DNA of 64,000 bases. It comes from Lama guanicoe. Taxonomy: Eukaryota. A program made the position numbers and the translations under genes. Numbering within the stretch: position 1 is the stretch's first letter; every line of letters begins with the position of its first letter. Location: positions 9,819,957-9,883,956 of the forward strand of contig MU053881.1 in the NCBI GenBank assembly GCA_013239625.1. Direction: 5' to 3'. Under the pieces are notes generated by a model. The model was not told where the DNA came from and ran no database searches. It saw nothing but the letters and a program-made list of their open reading frames with translations. Positions 12,991 through 25,815 of this stretch are shown piece after piece.

Positions 12991-13334
12991 GAGAGGCTTC
13001 AAGACGGTGGAACAGAAGGACCCAGAGCTCACCCTCTCCCACAGATAGGTCAAAAATACATCGACATGTGGAACAGTTCTCACAGAACACCTACTGAACT
13101 CGGACAGAAGATCTTGTACAAGTGAAACTACAAGGAAAATCTTCATGAAACCAGATAAACAAGGTCTTACTGTACAGCACAAGGAACTATACCCAATACC
13201 TTGTAATAGCCTGTGATGAAAAAGAGTATGAAAAGGAATACATATATACACATACACAAAACTGAATCACTATGCTGTATACAGGGAAATAACAGAACAT
13301 GGTAAATCAAATACACTTTAACTGAAAAAAAAAA
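12991..13334 (+). mobile_element. Short L1 derivative: L1 5' UTR start (~164 nt) fused to L1 3' terminus (~180 nt)
   Basis: 5' part ggcttcaagacggtgga..aaaaatacatcgacatgtggaac..acagaacacctactgaac resembles cetartiodactyl L1 5' ends as I recall them; from 13155 ataaacaaggtcttactgtacagcacaaggaactata..ctgaatcactatgctgt + A tail matches L1 3' ends elsewhere in the window. Confidence 0.8.
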
Positions 13335-13604
13335 CAAAACTAGAGCGTGCAACCAGCAGCTAAGTGAGAAGGACAAATGCCTGTCTCTTCAAACCAGGGA
13401 CAATGCTGTGTATGTATGGAGAACGATATTCAAGAGCAACATTCTGACACGAGGGAAATAATCCGGTGCAAGGAAAGCAAACTCTGCTATATTCTATGCA
13501 AGATAACCATGTTATCCTTAAATAGGTCACAGTCATTCCTCTTAGGAAATTCCCACACGGCTCACCCATCGAAAAGCAAAAAAACATCCACTTTTAATCT
13601 ACAC

Positions 13605-14098
13605 CAGTAATTCACAAAGTGTGCTCCAAGAACCACTAGGAAATCCCTGAGACCCATTCAGGGGTCTATGAGATCACAACAATTTTAATAATGTTACTAA
13701 GGTCTCCTGACCTCTTTCACTCTCATTGTCTCATAAACGTACAGTGGAGTTTTCCAGAGGTTGCACGACAAATGATACCATGACGGACTGCAGAAGCAGG
13801 CTGAATGAGAAACCAGGTGTTGTATTTGACCCGCATATCAAGGAGAATCACATAAATGTAAAACAGGGTCACTCATCTTGCTAAGGTTGTTTTGTTTTAG
13901 AAAATATAGTCATAAAATATATGTTACTGATGCAAATACAAGTTTTTGGAAAGTTCTGAGATACTACTATCTTTTAAATGTCTCACTTTTAACTATTAAC
14001 ATGATAAATATTGATAGATAAAACTCAGAAACAAGCAAAAAAAAAGTTCTTAACCATCTTCAAAAAGTTTGTAAGACCAAAAAGTGTGAGAATTGATG
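13605..14098 (+). mobile_element. Charlie4a-like hAT DNA transposon fossil
   Basis: cagtaattcacaaagtgtg..gagacccattcaggggtc..tttcactctcatt..gtacagtggagttttccagagg; ends gtgagaattgatg. Confidence 0.75.
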
Positions 14099-14194
14099 CT
14101 ATCCAAATTTACTCCGTCCTTCACTGTTCAACCCAAGCTTGACTATGGACATGATGTCTTTCCAACTATTCTTGACTACTGTACTAGGAGTCCC

Positions 14195-14340
14195 GAAGCC
14201 TGAATTCACATCAGAATCATCTAAAAAGCTTGATAATAGCACATCTCTATGGTACAAAATCTCTGAGGGTAGTGCCCAAATTGCTATATTTTATTCTCAG
14301 ATGATTCTGGCCCAACCAGTGTTGGATCAGGGCTAGGGAA
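14195..14340. mobile_element. MER5-like hAT MITE fragment
   Basis: cacatcagaatcatct..aaaatctctgagggtagtgccc..cagatgattctg. Confidence 0.45.
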
Positions 14341-14368
14341 ACCTGCCATAGATAATGTTGACGTCCTC

Positions 14369-14759
14369 TGTTATGAGTTGAATTGTGCCTCTTCCCCAAT
14401 TAATATGCTGAAGTCTCAATCCCCTAATAACTCCGAATGTGACTGTACTTTGAAATAAGGCCTCTGAAGAGGTAACCCAGTTAAAATGAAATCTTTAGGA
14501 TGAGCCCTAGTCCAATATGGCTGGTGTTTCTGTAAGAAGAGATTAGGACACAGAGACACAAACAGAGGAAGGACCGTGTGAAGGCACCGCAAGAAGACAG
14601 TCATCTATAATCCAAGGAGGGGGACCTTAGAAGGAACCAACCCTGTGAACACCCTGATCTTGGACGTCTACCTTCCAGAAGCGTGAGGAAACACGCTCCT
14701 GCTGTTTAAGCTACCTGGTCTGTGGCACTTTGTCACGACAGCCCTAGTGAACTAATACA
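14369..14759 (+). mobile_element. MaLR MLT1A/B solo LTR
   Basis: TG...CA termini (tgttatgagttgaattgtg ... gccctagtgaactaataca), 391 bp, 5-bp TSD tcctc/gcctc (4/5). Confidence 0.9.
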
Positions 14760-16169
14760 GCCTCCTTCTCTGAAACTTCACTCTTCTAGTTTGTATTCTA
14801 TCTTCTGCATAATTGTTTCCACAATCTTTCCTTGTCTTGTTATGCTTTTCCTTTTCATCTCCTCCACCACAGTACAAACACCATGAGGACTGAGAGCGGT
14901 ACATCTGTGTTACCTATCACAGTATTTTTGACTCCTAATACAGTGATGGTATATGGTAGACAATACATATTTGGAGACTGAATCTATAACTGAATGTTGA
15001 CATTTACACGCTATTTACTTAACTACTTCAGTGTTTCTAAATGTGTGTCTCCTCCACCCAAAGAGATTCTAAACTTCTGAATTGCAGAGATTATGGTTCC
15101 TCCTCCTTCTCTATCCTCTTTGTAAACTTTGTAGGTTATGTTTCAAAAAAAGGAAACTGATAAAGGAAAGACTTGACAACATGATTGGAGAGCTAAAATG
15201 AAAGCATCGTTTCCTGGGTTAATGGCAATAGAGAAAATGAATGTTTGAACATATTTACTCCAAGTATTTTGTGTGTAACCTGGTCTGGCTGAATTTTAAA
15301 ATAATTAGACTTTCCTGAATAAGTCTACTGATGACTAGCTGGTACCGCAAGGATCTCTAGTATCTTATCTGCATGTATTGATCTGCCTAAGTCTTTTGCC
15401 TGAATGCTGAGTGACATGGTTTGGGAATATAGGCACATGGCTCGAAGATACCTGGAGACCACTGATGGGAAAGGAAGAACACTGTTATGTTGCCCAGATC
15501 CCTAAATTGGTTTTAAGCCCCAGCAAGAAAATGGGTTAGAAACAGAAGCTCAAGAGGCAGTTTTCATAAGGCTTTTTGATATGATATTAGTTTGGCCCAA
15601 ACCTGAAGCATTACGTTAGAGGCCAAGTTATGGTGGAGAGAGATACACTGCGCCTCCTGCATTTCCTAAAGGACTGGTGGCTACAGGAGCGAGTCCAAAG
15701 ACAATGCACTTGGCAGAAATGGTGGCATTGTCACCATGATGCCATCAGCTATACCATCAGAAAGTCTTCCTCAAAGATTTCCAGTAATTTAAGTCAATGA
15801 TAAGGAAGTGGTAGAACAAAGAAGGAAGAGGGTATAGCTTTACCTGATGGGCAGGCTCATGAGGTCACATGAGGCATAACCGAGGAATCCTAGAAATACC
15901 AGTGATGGGTGGGTGGGGATGTGACTTTGCAGAAGGTTGGGAGACACGGAGTTAGCAGCGAAGGCAGGAACACAGGAAATGTTAGTCACCGATGGGAACA
16001 TACCCACAGTCTGCGGAGTCATGGGAGCATTTTCCTCCTTGTGATTTTGCCTAATGTAATTCTTAGGTCAAGCTTCTAGGGTACATATAAGTATTCTATT
16101 TTCTATGTTTGTAGAGCATAGAAAAGTTTAGAAAAGTTCAGTTATTTGAGAGGAACTACTGTAACAAGA

Positions 16170-16420
16170 GGCAGTGGTTACACACTGTGACTAAGCATGA
16201 GGACTGGAGTCAGTTCCAGCTTTGTTACTTGTGAGTGGAGCAAGTTATTTATACCCCCTGTGCCTTATTTCCTCACTTACAGAATGAGGATGACAAATAA
16301 CAGTAACACTAAAAACACGGATCTCAATGAGTTGTGAGGATTAAATCATTTTATGTGGGTGAATCTCTTCAACAGTCCCTTACACAAAAGAACACTTCGA
16401 AAAGAGTTGTTTTCATTACA
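16170..16420 (+). mobile_element. MIR SINE
   Basis: ctggagtcag..gagcaagttattt..ctgtgcctt..ttcctcac..gaatgaggatga..gttgtgaggattaaat. Confidence 0.75.
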
Positions 16421-18659
16421 GCAGGTCACATGATAAGAAAATAGCATTTTCAGGAATCAAAACTCTGATTTTTCTGACTCTAAAGTCTATGTTCCTCAGA
16501 ATTATGACATATTGTCAGTAATAACTTGAATAAGTACTTCCTCTCCTCTGCTTCCTCCTTCTTCTGCATATTGCACTTTTTTCTTCTTGTATATCCCTTT
16601 TATATTCACCTTTACAGTGCTTGATAGAGAGCTCTGAGGTTAACGAATGCTAAGCCATGCTTTGCTGCCTGACAACAGAGAATTTCATTTATTTCATTCA
16701 TTTATTCACTTCTCACAAAATGCAAGGCAATGAGCTACCAAAATAAATAAATTGTGATCATTATTTTGGAACACAGCTGGTCCTCTTTTTTAGCATACGC
16801 ATGAAAGGCAGCAGGGGTCCCTCCCTAGGTATATCTTCTTTATACCTAATAGGAAGAAGCACCTGACAAGACGATTTTCAGGTAATCTCCAGCTTCAATG
16901 CAATAAATGTGTAGGTACCAAACTTGAAAGCTTGTGACATGTGACAGTATATCAATGAAACTGTTATGCACAGCTAAGGTTTGGACTATGTAAAACTCTA
17001 TCTATCACAGGAGATGAATGGCAATGTTTCAACAGCTATGAAATGATAACCTTGTTGGCTATGTTTAAGTTTGCACAACACAGAAAAGAAGAAAATGCCC
17101 CTTGGAACCACTTAGAAATGCAGGCAAGTCATATTTGCAATTGCATGGATGTGACTTTCCATGAAACTGTACTAAAAAAGAATGGCAAGGGAATGGAATA
17201 AAATATGAATATGCAACAGTTTCTCAATTTGTTAGCTGTGCATTTTGTTCCTGCTTTATTAACTCAACTGTCATATAATTAATTTACTATAAAGGTTGCC
17301 CCTAAAATTGTATGATTGGAAATCTTAAAGGTGATACAGAGAGAATGTAAGCATTTGAGGTTGATGAACAAGCTCCTTTAAGACACCAAAGAATTTTTAA
17401 AAAACTAAAAGAAAACAAGCAGAAAAATTTAAAAAAAAATCCAAAACTAAGACAAAAAACAAATTTATTGAATTTTCATCCCAGTTCTCCAATGTTAGCC
17501 CTATCAACACAAATAATTCCTAAAAGTCCTAAAATACTTCCACGGATTTCGATGGATAAGAATCCTTAACTAATCTGAGGTCTTTCCGATGCCACAATTT
17601 ACCACATTCAGACCTCAGTTCTTCATTTGAACAGTGTCAAACCAATAATACTTATTCCTGGAAATATATGCAAGAAAGCCAATTGTCATGACTTAAGAGG
17701 GCTCCACACACACTCGGTGAAAAAGGCAGAGTTCACTGAGCATCAGTGGCAGGAAGGTTGCTCCAAAGGAACATCAACACATAAAGTAATCATTAGGAAG
17801 TGAATAGGCTCCTGGAGGTGGACTGTCCTTGAAACGAGGGGATGTGGACCAATGAATCTCAGCTTTAGGCCAAGGCACTCTTCTGTCTAGGTGAAACTGA
17901 GCATACTTATTCAAATAAGTTGTGTGTGTGTGTGTGTCTGTGCACGTGGGTTACTTTATGAATCACGTGGGAAGATATACTGAGAAGTGGACCATCCGTG
18001 ATCATCCAGTCTTGGGAAGTAAGTAAAGTTTATTGTAAATAAAAATGAGGTATGAATACATACCTTTCTCTTTCATGACAGACTCTAAAAGAAAAAACAT
18101 TCTTTTTATTTTAAACGGAATTTGTAAGAATTACAGAATGACTGTAAGAAAGATTAGACAATTTCAAATAGGCAATTAGAAAGGGGAATGAAGAATGGTC
18201 TGGATTTTCTTTCCATGATAGAAAAACTTTCCTTAATGTATAACTTACTTTCGAGGGGAAGGCAGACAGGTGGGAAGGGTTAAACTAAGGATTTTTTTTT
18301 TAAATGAAAACAGAGCAAAGCTGTGTCAGAAGAGATGATATATTCTGATCATTAATGCCTCTCATTTAGGATAAAAATTCAAGTTCCTGGGAATTCTGCA
18401 GAAGTCAAATTCTCTGAATAAAATACTGATATACTAGGAAAGCAGAATTATGTAAGTTCCTAGCAGATACTAGGCTAGAATTCCCAATGAGTCCTTCACA
18501 GTAACACGTATTTTAGGGTGGTTGATGGTTGAGTTTTCTTGTTTGAGAGAGCTGTTTTGGGTTTTTGTTTGTTTGTTTGTTTATGTGTTTGTTTGGTGCT
18601 TTGTGGCTGCTGTTTTAGAGCTTAAGTGTTTCACTTCATGTCATGGACCCATGAGAGAC

Positions 18660-19030
18660 AGTTTTCCTTTCTCTGGTAAGTACTCAGAAGGATATCGCTG
18701 ACATATGAAGTATACAGAGGTTTAAATTCACTAGTTGCTGCCAGCTTATTCCATCCAGAACCTGCTCAAATACACATGAGACAGGAGATAAAGTTTCCTG
18801 TTTGAAAATATCCTTTCCAACACTTGATAATATCCAACCTTCTAACTTTTGTCAGTCTGATGGGTGTAAAATGGTATTTCATTTTTGGTTTAATTTACAA
18901 CTTCTGATAGCTAATGTAGTTGAGAATTTCTCCACAAATTTGATAGCCATTATGGTCCCCCTTTTGTGAATTATTTCTTTGTAGACATTTCTCATTTTCT
19001 GACTGATATTCTTTTCCTTATTAATTCTCT
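18660..19030 (-). mobile_element. Old L1M (L1ME-like) fragment
   Basis: ccaacacttgata..ttttgtcagtctgatgggtgtaaaatggtatttcatt..taattt..gttgagaattt (antisense ORF2 3' region). Confidence 0.7.
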
Positions 19031-19198
19031 GTATTTCTACAGATACCATGACAGTCACTAATACTAAATATAGTTGATCCTAAAGAAATCAAAATCGTTA
19101 AGTCAATATTTTAGATAATGAATAGAAATGGAGAAAGCTAAAGCTTTCCCAACAAAGCCAAATAAAGGATAAAGACGGCTAGCTGTACAGTTTTAGAT

Positions 19199-19411
19199 GA
19201 GGAATCAACAAGCTTCCTGAAAAGGGCCAGCTAGTAAATATTCGAGGCTTTTCAGGCCATGATCTCCATCACAACCATGCAACTCTACTGCTGTTAACAC
19301 GAAAGCATCATTTACATACACCACATGTAAAGGGATGGGCCTGGCTAGGTTCCATCTTGATTTACAGGAACAATAAGTAGATTAATTTGGGCTATGATTA
19401 GTCAACATCTG
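19199..19411. mobile_element. MER58A-like hAT-Charlie MITE
   Basis: aaagggccagctagtaaatatt..ggctt..caactctactgctg; 8-bp TSD ttttagat (19191-19198) / ttttagac (19412-19419). Confidence 0.8.
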
Positions 19412-19722
19412 TTTTAGACAGAATAAGTGTTTTTGTTTTGTTTTGTTTTGTTTAATGTGAATGATGTAACAGTGTGGTCCAATTCTATATTCTATTTTTC
19501 TTTTAAAGTCATGTGGAATATGGTGACTTATACTGCTGTAATTGAATTGTCAGTACTCATTCCACATATATTTTATTTGGTAGCAAAAGTGGAACTCATC
19601 TGGAGAGACATATGGCTCTCTCTTCCCTTTTATCTGATGGGACCCAAGTGGGTACATTGTTATTATTACAATTTAATATTCCCTTTAATTTCTAACTGTA
19701 TCTAGTTTTCCCCAAATGTCAA

Positions 19723-19727
<5 letters not shown>

Positions 19728-19759
<32 letters not shown>

Positions 19760-19780
19760 TATATGTGTATATATATATAA
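19728..19780. repeat. Compound (TA)n(CA)n(TA/TG)n microsatellite
   Basis: Seen directly. Confidence 0.9.
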
Positions 19781-21237
19781 ATCAGTACAACAAATATTCA
19801 TACATTTTAGAGGGCACAGCTATTGACTACACAGTTAAAGTGAGAGCCATGTTATAATGACTAGATATTTATTATAGATTTATATTTTCTATAATTACTT
19901 GTGATTATTTAATAATATCAAGCCTCATACAGTATTTGCTTAGTGTTGTTAACTCTAAAATTCTACATGCATTTAAGAGCCCCAAAGTTTATTAAAAATT
20001 TAAATCTAAATTGCTAAAAGACATATTTATATATTTCCCTTTTATAGTTGAATAATGTATAAAATTAAGTTTATCAATAATTACTTCTAGTACTATATTA
20101 CTAGGAATTTCCATTATTCTTACATTGTAAATTATAAGGCATAATGAACCATGACCAAATCCATCCACGTATCCCTTTTGATTCTTAATTTTATGTCACT
20201 TGTTCATGTCTCTCCTATAAGATTGTAAAACCTTGAGGCCAGGAGATTTAATTAACAAGCAATTAGCAAATTTTTCATAAGAATCTGAAATGATGGACTA
20301 AAACAAGCAATTTTGTCATGCTGCCTATTCATGTGTCCTCATATACTGAAATTAAATGGTTTCATAAAAATAAATTAAGAAGAAATAGCAAGCCCTTATA
20401 TCAGGTACCTACGCGAAGAATGTCCAACTGGGTACAACAGCTGTACCCCTAGTCATCAGTCAAAACATACGTACTGAAGGAAAAAGAAACACACAATGTC
20501 TGTTTGTCTCCATTCCTCTTCACTTCCTACAGGAATAGGCCTGTAATTTTCCTACAGCACTAAAAAAGAAAAGTAGGCTAGTGTCCTCACTCCAGTGGAC
20601 ATTGGCTTTTGTACTGGTCATACAACAAAGATGCTAACAGACATGCCTCCTGGGTCTCCTCCCATCAAGCCTAAGTGATGTTTCTGCACTAAAAGCTAAA
20701 ATGGACTCACTTAGATCCTGATAGCTGTGAATTTGTCTAAAATCTATACTTCATTAGCTCATACATACTTCATATGTGGCATACTTCGTATGTCTCATAA
20801 CATAAGCACTTTCCATGTCAAGTTGGGGTCCTTGACACAAAGGATCAACTGTGCCCATAGCTCAGGGAATTACACCTATTTTACTTGGAAACAGAGGAAA
20901 AGCATCTCTGTTTTACTTTCTGCTCAGAAGATGATAACAATCTGGTAAAATTATCGTTAGGGGAGGCTCATCTCATTCTCTCTGCCTAAAGGATAGAAGT
21001 TTCATCTAGACTAAATTAGGTGTTACCCATTTTTACCTAGACACTGTTTACTGTCTCCCTCAATTCTTATATTTCTAGGACAAATAAAACCAATGACATG
21101 ATTTAAACAGTGGGGAGTTACTTGTGAACAAAACCACTTTCATCAACTAATTTAAGAGCTATAAGAATAGTACAGAGTATATCCAGACCTTTAGCTTTAT
21201 TCATTGTTCTCTCACAAATTTCCTCTTTCCTCCAGAC

Positions 21238-23316
21238 CTGGCATTAACAAACTTTTTTTTTTTTTTATAAAAGGCCAGGTCGTAAATATTTCAGGATTTG
21301 CAGTTCATAGTTCTCTGTCACAATTACTCAACTCTGCCTTTGTAGCATGAAAACACAGGCAATATGGAAATGAATGAATGTGTCTCTATTCCAGTAAAAC
21401 TTTGTTTACAGACATTGAAATATGAATTTCATATAGTTTTCATGTGTCATGAAATGTTGTTTTTCTTTTTTTTTTTTTTTCAAACATGTAAAAACATCCA
21501 ACTAGTCTTGGCTCAGAAAGTGGTCATGGGGTAACATACTTCAACATAATAAAGGCCATATATGACAAACCTATAGCTAACATCATATTCAATGGTGGAA
21601 AGCTGAAGGCATTTCCTCCAAGATCAGGAACAAGACAAGGATGCCCACTCTCACCACTTTTATTTATATAGTTTTGGAAGTCTTAGCCACTGCAATCAGA
21701 AAAGAAAAGGAAATAAAAGGAATCCAAATTAGAAAAGAAGTAAAACTGCCACTGTTTGCCGATGGCATGATACCATACATAGAAAATCTTAAAGATGCTA
21801 CCAGAAACTACTAGAGCTCATCAGCAAATTCAGTAAAGTTAGAGGATACAAAATTAATATACAGAAATCAGTTGCATTTCTATACACTGACAACGAAATA
21901 GCAGAAATAGAAATTAAGGAAACAATGCCACTTACCTTCACATCAAAAAGAATAAAATATCTAGGAATAGACACAATTAAGGAGGCAAAGGACTTACTCC
22001 AAAAGCTATAAGACACTGATGAGAGAAACTGAAGATGACATAAACAGATGGAAAGACATGCAATGCTCTTGGACTGGAAGAATCAATATTGTTAAAGTGG
22101 CCATACTACCCAAGGCAATATATAGATACAATGCAATCCCTATCAAGTTACTAATGACATTTTCTTCACAGAACTGAAACAAAAAATGTTAAAAATTTGT
22201 ATGGAAACACAAAAGAACCCAAATAGCCAAAACAATCCTGAGAAAGAATGGAGCTGGGGGAATCATGCTCCCTGATATCAGACTATACTACAAAGCTTCA
22301 GTAACCAAAACAGTATGATATTGGCACAAAAAGAGACACACAGACCAATGGAATATGACAGACAGTCCAGAAATAAACCCACGTACTTACAGTCAATTAA
22401 TCTACGACAAACGAGGCAAAAATATACAATGGAGAAATGACAGTCTCTTCAATAAGTGGTGCTGAGTAAAGTCGGCAAGTATATGTCAAAGAATAAAATG
22501 AGAACATTTTCTCATAACATATACAAAAATAAAATGGATTAAAGACAAAAATCTAAAACCAGTTACTATAAAACTCCTAGAGGAAAATATAGGCAGAATA
22601 CTCTTTGACATAAATCACAGCAATATTTTTTTGGATCCATGTCCTAGAGGAATGGAAATAAAAACAAAAATAGACAAATGGGACCTAATTAAACTTAAAA
22701 GCTTTTTGCACAGTAAGGGAAACCATAAACAAAATGAAAAGACAACATACAGAATGGGAGACAATATTTGAAAATGACATGAGGGACAAGGGACTAATTT
22801 CCAAAATGTACAAACAATCGTATAGTTTAATATAAAAAAACAAGCAACCCAATCAAAAAACAGGCAGAAAACTTAAATAAACCTTTCTCCAAAGAAGACA
22901 TCCAAATGGCCAACAGGTACATGAAAAGATGCTCATCATCGCTAATTATGCAAATCAAAACTACAATGAGGTTATCACCTCATACCCATCGAATGGTCAT
23001 CATTAATCTAAGTCTACAAATAATAAATGCTGGAGAGGGTGTGGAAAAAAAAGGAACCCTCCTACAGTGTTGGTGGGGCTGTAAACTGTTCCCATGGAGG
23101 ACAGTATGGAGTTTCTTAAAAAACTAAAAACAGACTTACCATATGATCCAGAAACCCCACTCCTGGGTATTTACCAGGAGAAAAATATAATTCAAAAAAA
23201 CACATGCACTTCAGTGTTCACAGCAGGACTATTTACAATAGCCAAGACATGGAAACAACCTAAGTGTCCACCAACAGATGACTGGATAAAGAAGACAGGG
23301 TATGTGTCTGTGTGTG

Positions 23317-23347
<31 letters not shown>

Positions 23348-23898
23348 TGCATTTTATCCATCCATAAAAAAGAATGCCATCATGCCATCTGTAGCAACAC
23401 TGATGGTCCTAGAGACTACCATATTAAACGAAGTGAGACAGAGAAAGACAAGTATCATATGATATCACTTATATGTGGAGTCCAAAGAAAGATACAAATT
23501 TTATTTACAAACCAGAAACAGACTCCTGGAGACTGAAAATAAACTAAGGTTACCAGAAGGGAAATGGCAGGGGAGGGATAAATGAGGAGTGTGGGGTTAA
23601 CAGATACACACTACTATATGTAAAATAGATAATGAGCAAGAACGTACTGTACAGCACAGGGAACTATATTCAATTTCTTGTAATAAGCTGTAACGGAAAA
23701 GAACCTGAAAAATGTATGTATGTATGTATATGTATCACTGAATCGGTATGCTGCAACCTGAAACCAACAATGTAAATCAACTACACTTCAATAAAAAATA
23801 AAATTAAAGGAAAAAATACTATTCTTGGCTTATGAACTGTACAAAAAAACAGGTGACAGGCCAGATTTGGCCCACAGAATGTTGTCCGCCAACCTCTG
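21238..23898. mobile_element. MER58B-like MITE split by L1 (halves 21238-21513 and 23818-23898)
   Basis: aaaggccaggtcgtaaatattt..actcaactctgcc..tgaatttcatat; resumes aaaacaggtgacaggccagatttggccc; 8-bp TSD ctccagac (21230-21237) / ctctagac (23899-23906). Confidence 0.85.
21514..23817 (+). mobile_element. 5'-truncated L1 (~2.3 kb): decayed ORF2 RT/C-terminal region plus 3' UTR
   Basis: Classic ORF2 DNA (ggaacaagacaaggatgcccactctcacc; ctgtttgccgatggcatgat); ORF fragments such as [25 protein letters not shown] tail; TSD actagtcttggct (21501-21513) / actattcttggct (23818-23830); multiple frameshifts and stops. Confidence 0.95.
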
Positions 23899-23992
23899 CT
23901 CTAGACTGCACTCTCCATGTGTCACACCTAATTCTTTTATTTTAGCTAACTGCTGTCACCAGTCTCCATTCTAATCCTGAAGATAATAAACA

Positions 23993-24055
23993 CTTCCCTT
24001 TCCTTCCTTCCTCTTCCCTCTCCTTTCCTTCCCTTCCCTTCTCTTCTCTTCCCTG
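23993..24055. repeat. Pyrimidine-rich (TTCC/CTTCC)n low-complexity tract
   Basis: Seen directly. Confidence 0.8.
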
Positions 24056-25344
24056 TGTCCACCTACATCATGTTCCATTGTCCCTTAGTCTCTTTCTGTC
24101 CCTGACTCTCCAAACTACTCATTCACTATCAGGACATCAACATTTTGGAGGGAAAAGTCCGGCTTCCAAGCAGTATCTCCAGGAATACAAACCTCCAGGA
24201 AAAAGAGTGTTCTCTCTATGGTGCATTCTGTTCCTTTGATTTAAAATATCTCCTACCACAGCAGAGTAGCAATACTTCAAACAGAGGCTGCTGGATATTA
24301 GATGCTTTCATATCTAACCCTGCACAGTCCACTTCATGTAGGTTACATGAACAAGATAGCCTCCTACATAGGAGGAGATAAGAAAGCCGGCTCTGAAAAT
24401 TGTAGAGGGCGCCAACTTTCACCTGGAAGGGATTTTTTTTTTTTTAAATCATAATCTGCTCTCAAATTACCAGCATTGTCATTAAGATGTGATTAATTTC
24501 AGGCACAGAAACATATTAGGGAGAAAGGATACGGGGAGCATGGTACTCAGAGACGAATAACTACGTGCAAAGGATATGCTGCTTAACTCACCAACCTGCA
24601 GAGGGAAATTCACAGGCTCTTCCATTCGTAGGAAAGAATCAGTTCTCATCAGAAACACGGAATAAAAGTTTCTTTTGCTTTTGCTTTTTCCGCCCTGACC
24701 CAGTCCTGCATTGTGCATGGAAAGCACGAACCTTACAGAGCAGGAATGACAAGTAATTACACCACCAGAAGCTGCAAATCCTTCGTATTTTGAAGTTAAA
24801 AAAAAAAAAAGCTTCAAATATTAAATCTTTAGATCTTTTATTAAAAATATTTTCTCAAATCACATACTAATTGATAAACAAGTTTCCTCATCGTTTCATC
24901 TTGACTTATCTTCTTGCATTACTCATCTTACCCTTTTCTACTTAAATGAATCTGTTTAACATCTAAAATATCACACATCAAAGCTACAGTTATTTCTTTT
25001 TTTTTTTTTTTTCATTTGGTAGTGGTTGTGGGGTTGGGCAGAGAATCCTATGTGGTTTCTTCTTATTTCTTCTCAGGCATGCTTGGATCTTCCTCCGAGC
25101 AGCTAGAATATATATTTTGAAACCTCTTTTATAAAGAGTTTTTAGCACGTGGAATGCTTTATACTGTTTGACATTTGTATTCACCTAAATCTACACAGTC
25201 CTCAGAGTTCACCAGTTTAAGACCTGTGTGAACACTGCGTTCAAGGGGTTAAACTGAGAGTAACGGTCCATGAGACGCATCTCATGTCTGGGTCACCCTG
25301 CCACCATTCACACCTCCTTCGGGCAAAAATTTCTGATCATCACT

Positions 25345-25815
25345 GAGGAATGTGTCTATCCAGCATTGTTCAGTCTCTGCCACCTTTGAGGGCACTCCAG
25401 GAAGGGAGTGTGCTATTTAGACCAAGCCTGTTAGTGAACTCCATTCCTCTGGTCACAGGGACAGTCACATGATCAAAGCTGTCCAATGAGAGGGAATGCA
25501 TGGATGCCCCCAGGACATTTGTGGATACGATCAGAAAAGACACTTGCAAGTTTCTCCTAGACGAGAACATGCTGCTCAGGAGAGCTAGTAACCATGTACA
25601 CTACCATTGCGGGGAAAGCTTGTGTGAAACTGAAGCCAATCCATGGAGGAGGGTGGGACCAAAGGATCAAAAATCAAAGGAAACCAGACTTTCCTGACAT
25701 GACAGCCTGGGGTACTTGAAGCCAAACATCTTGCTGGACTTTTTAATGAGTTTTCAGTGAATTCTGTTTGCCTGTTTGTCAGTTTAAGGAGGCTTTTCTC
25801 TTACTTTCAACAACT
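25345..25815 (+). mobile_element. Old MaLR LTR (MLT1J/K-like)
   Basis: gtcacatgatcaaagctgtccaatgag..tgaagccaa..ctggactttt..cagtttaag..ttttctcttactttcaac. Confidence 0.55.

Noticed and set aside
21798..23536. ORFs with reverse-transcriptase/L1 ORF2-like peptides
   Set aside because: Fragments of a frameshifted, 5'-truncated L1; not a functional CDS
24216..24422. Possible terminal coding exon (VKVGALYNF...) continuing the candidate exon chain
   Set aside because: The acceptor is preceded by a poly-A run rather than a pyrimidine tract, and the peptide is unrecognisable
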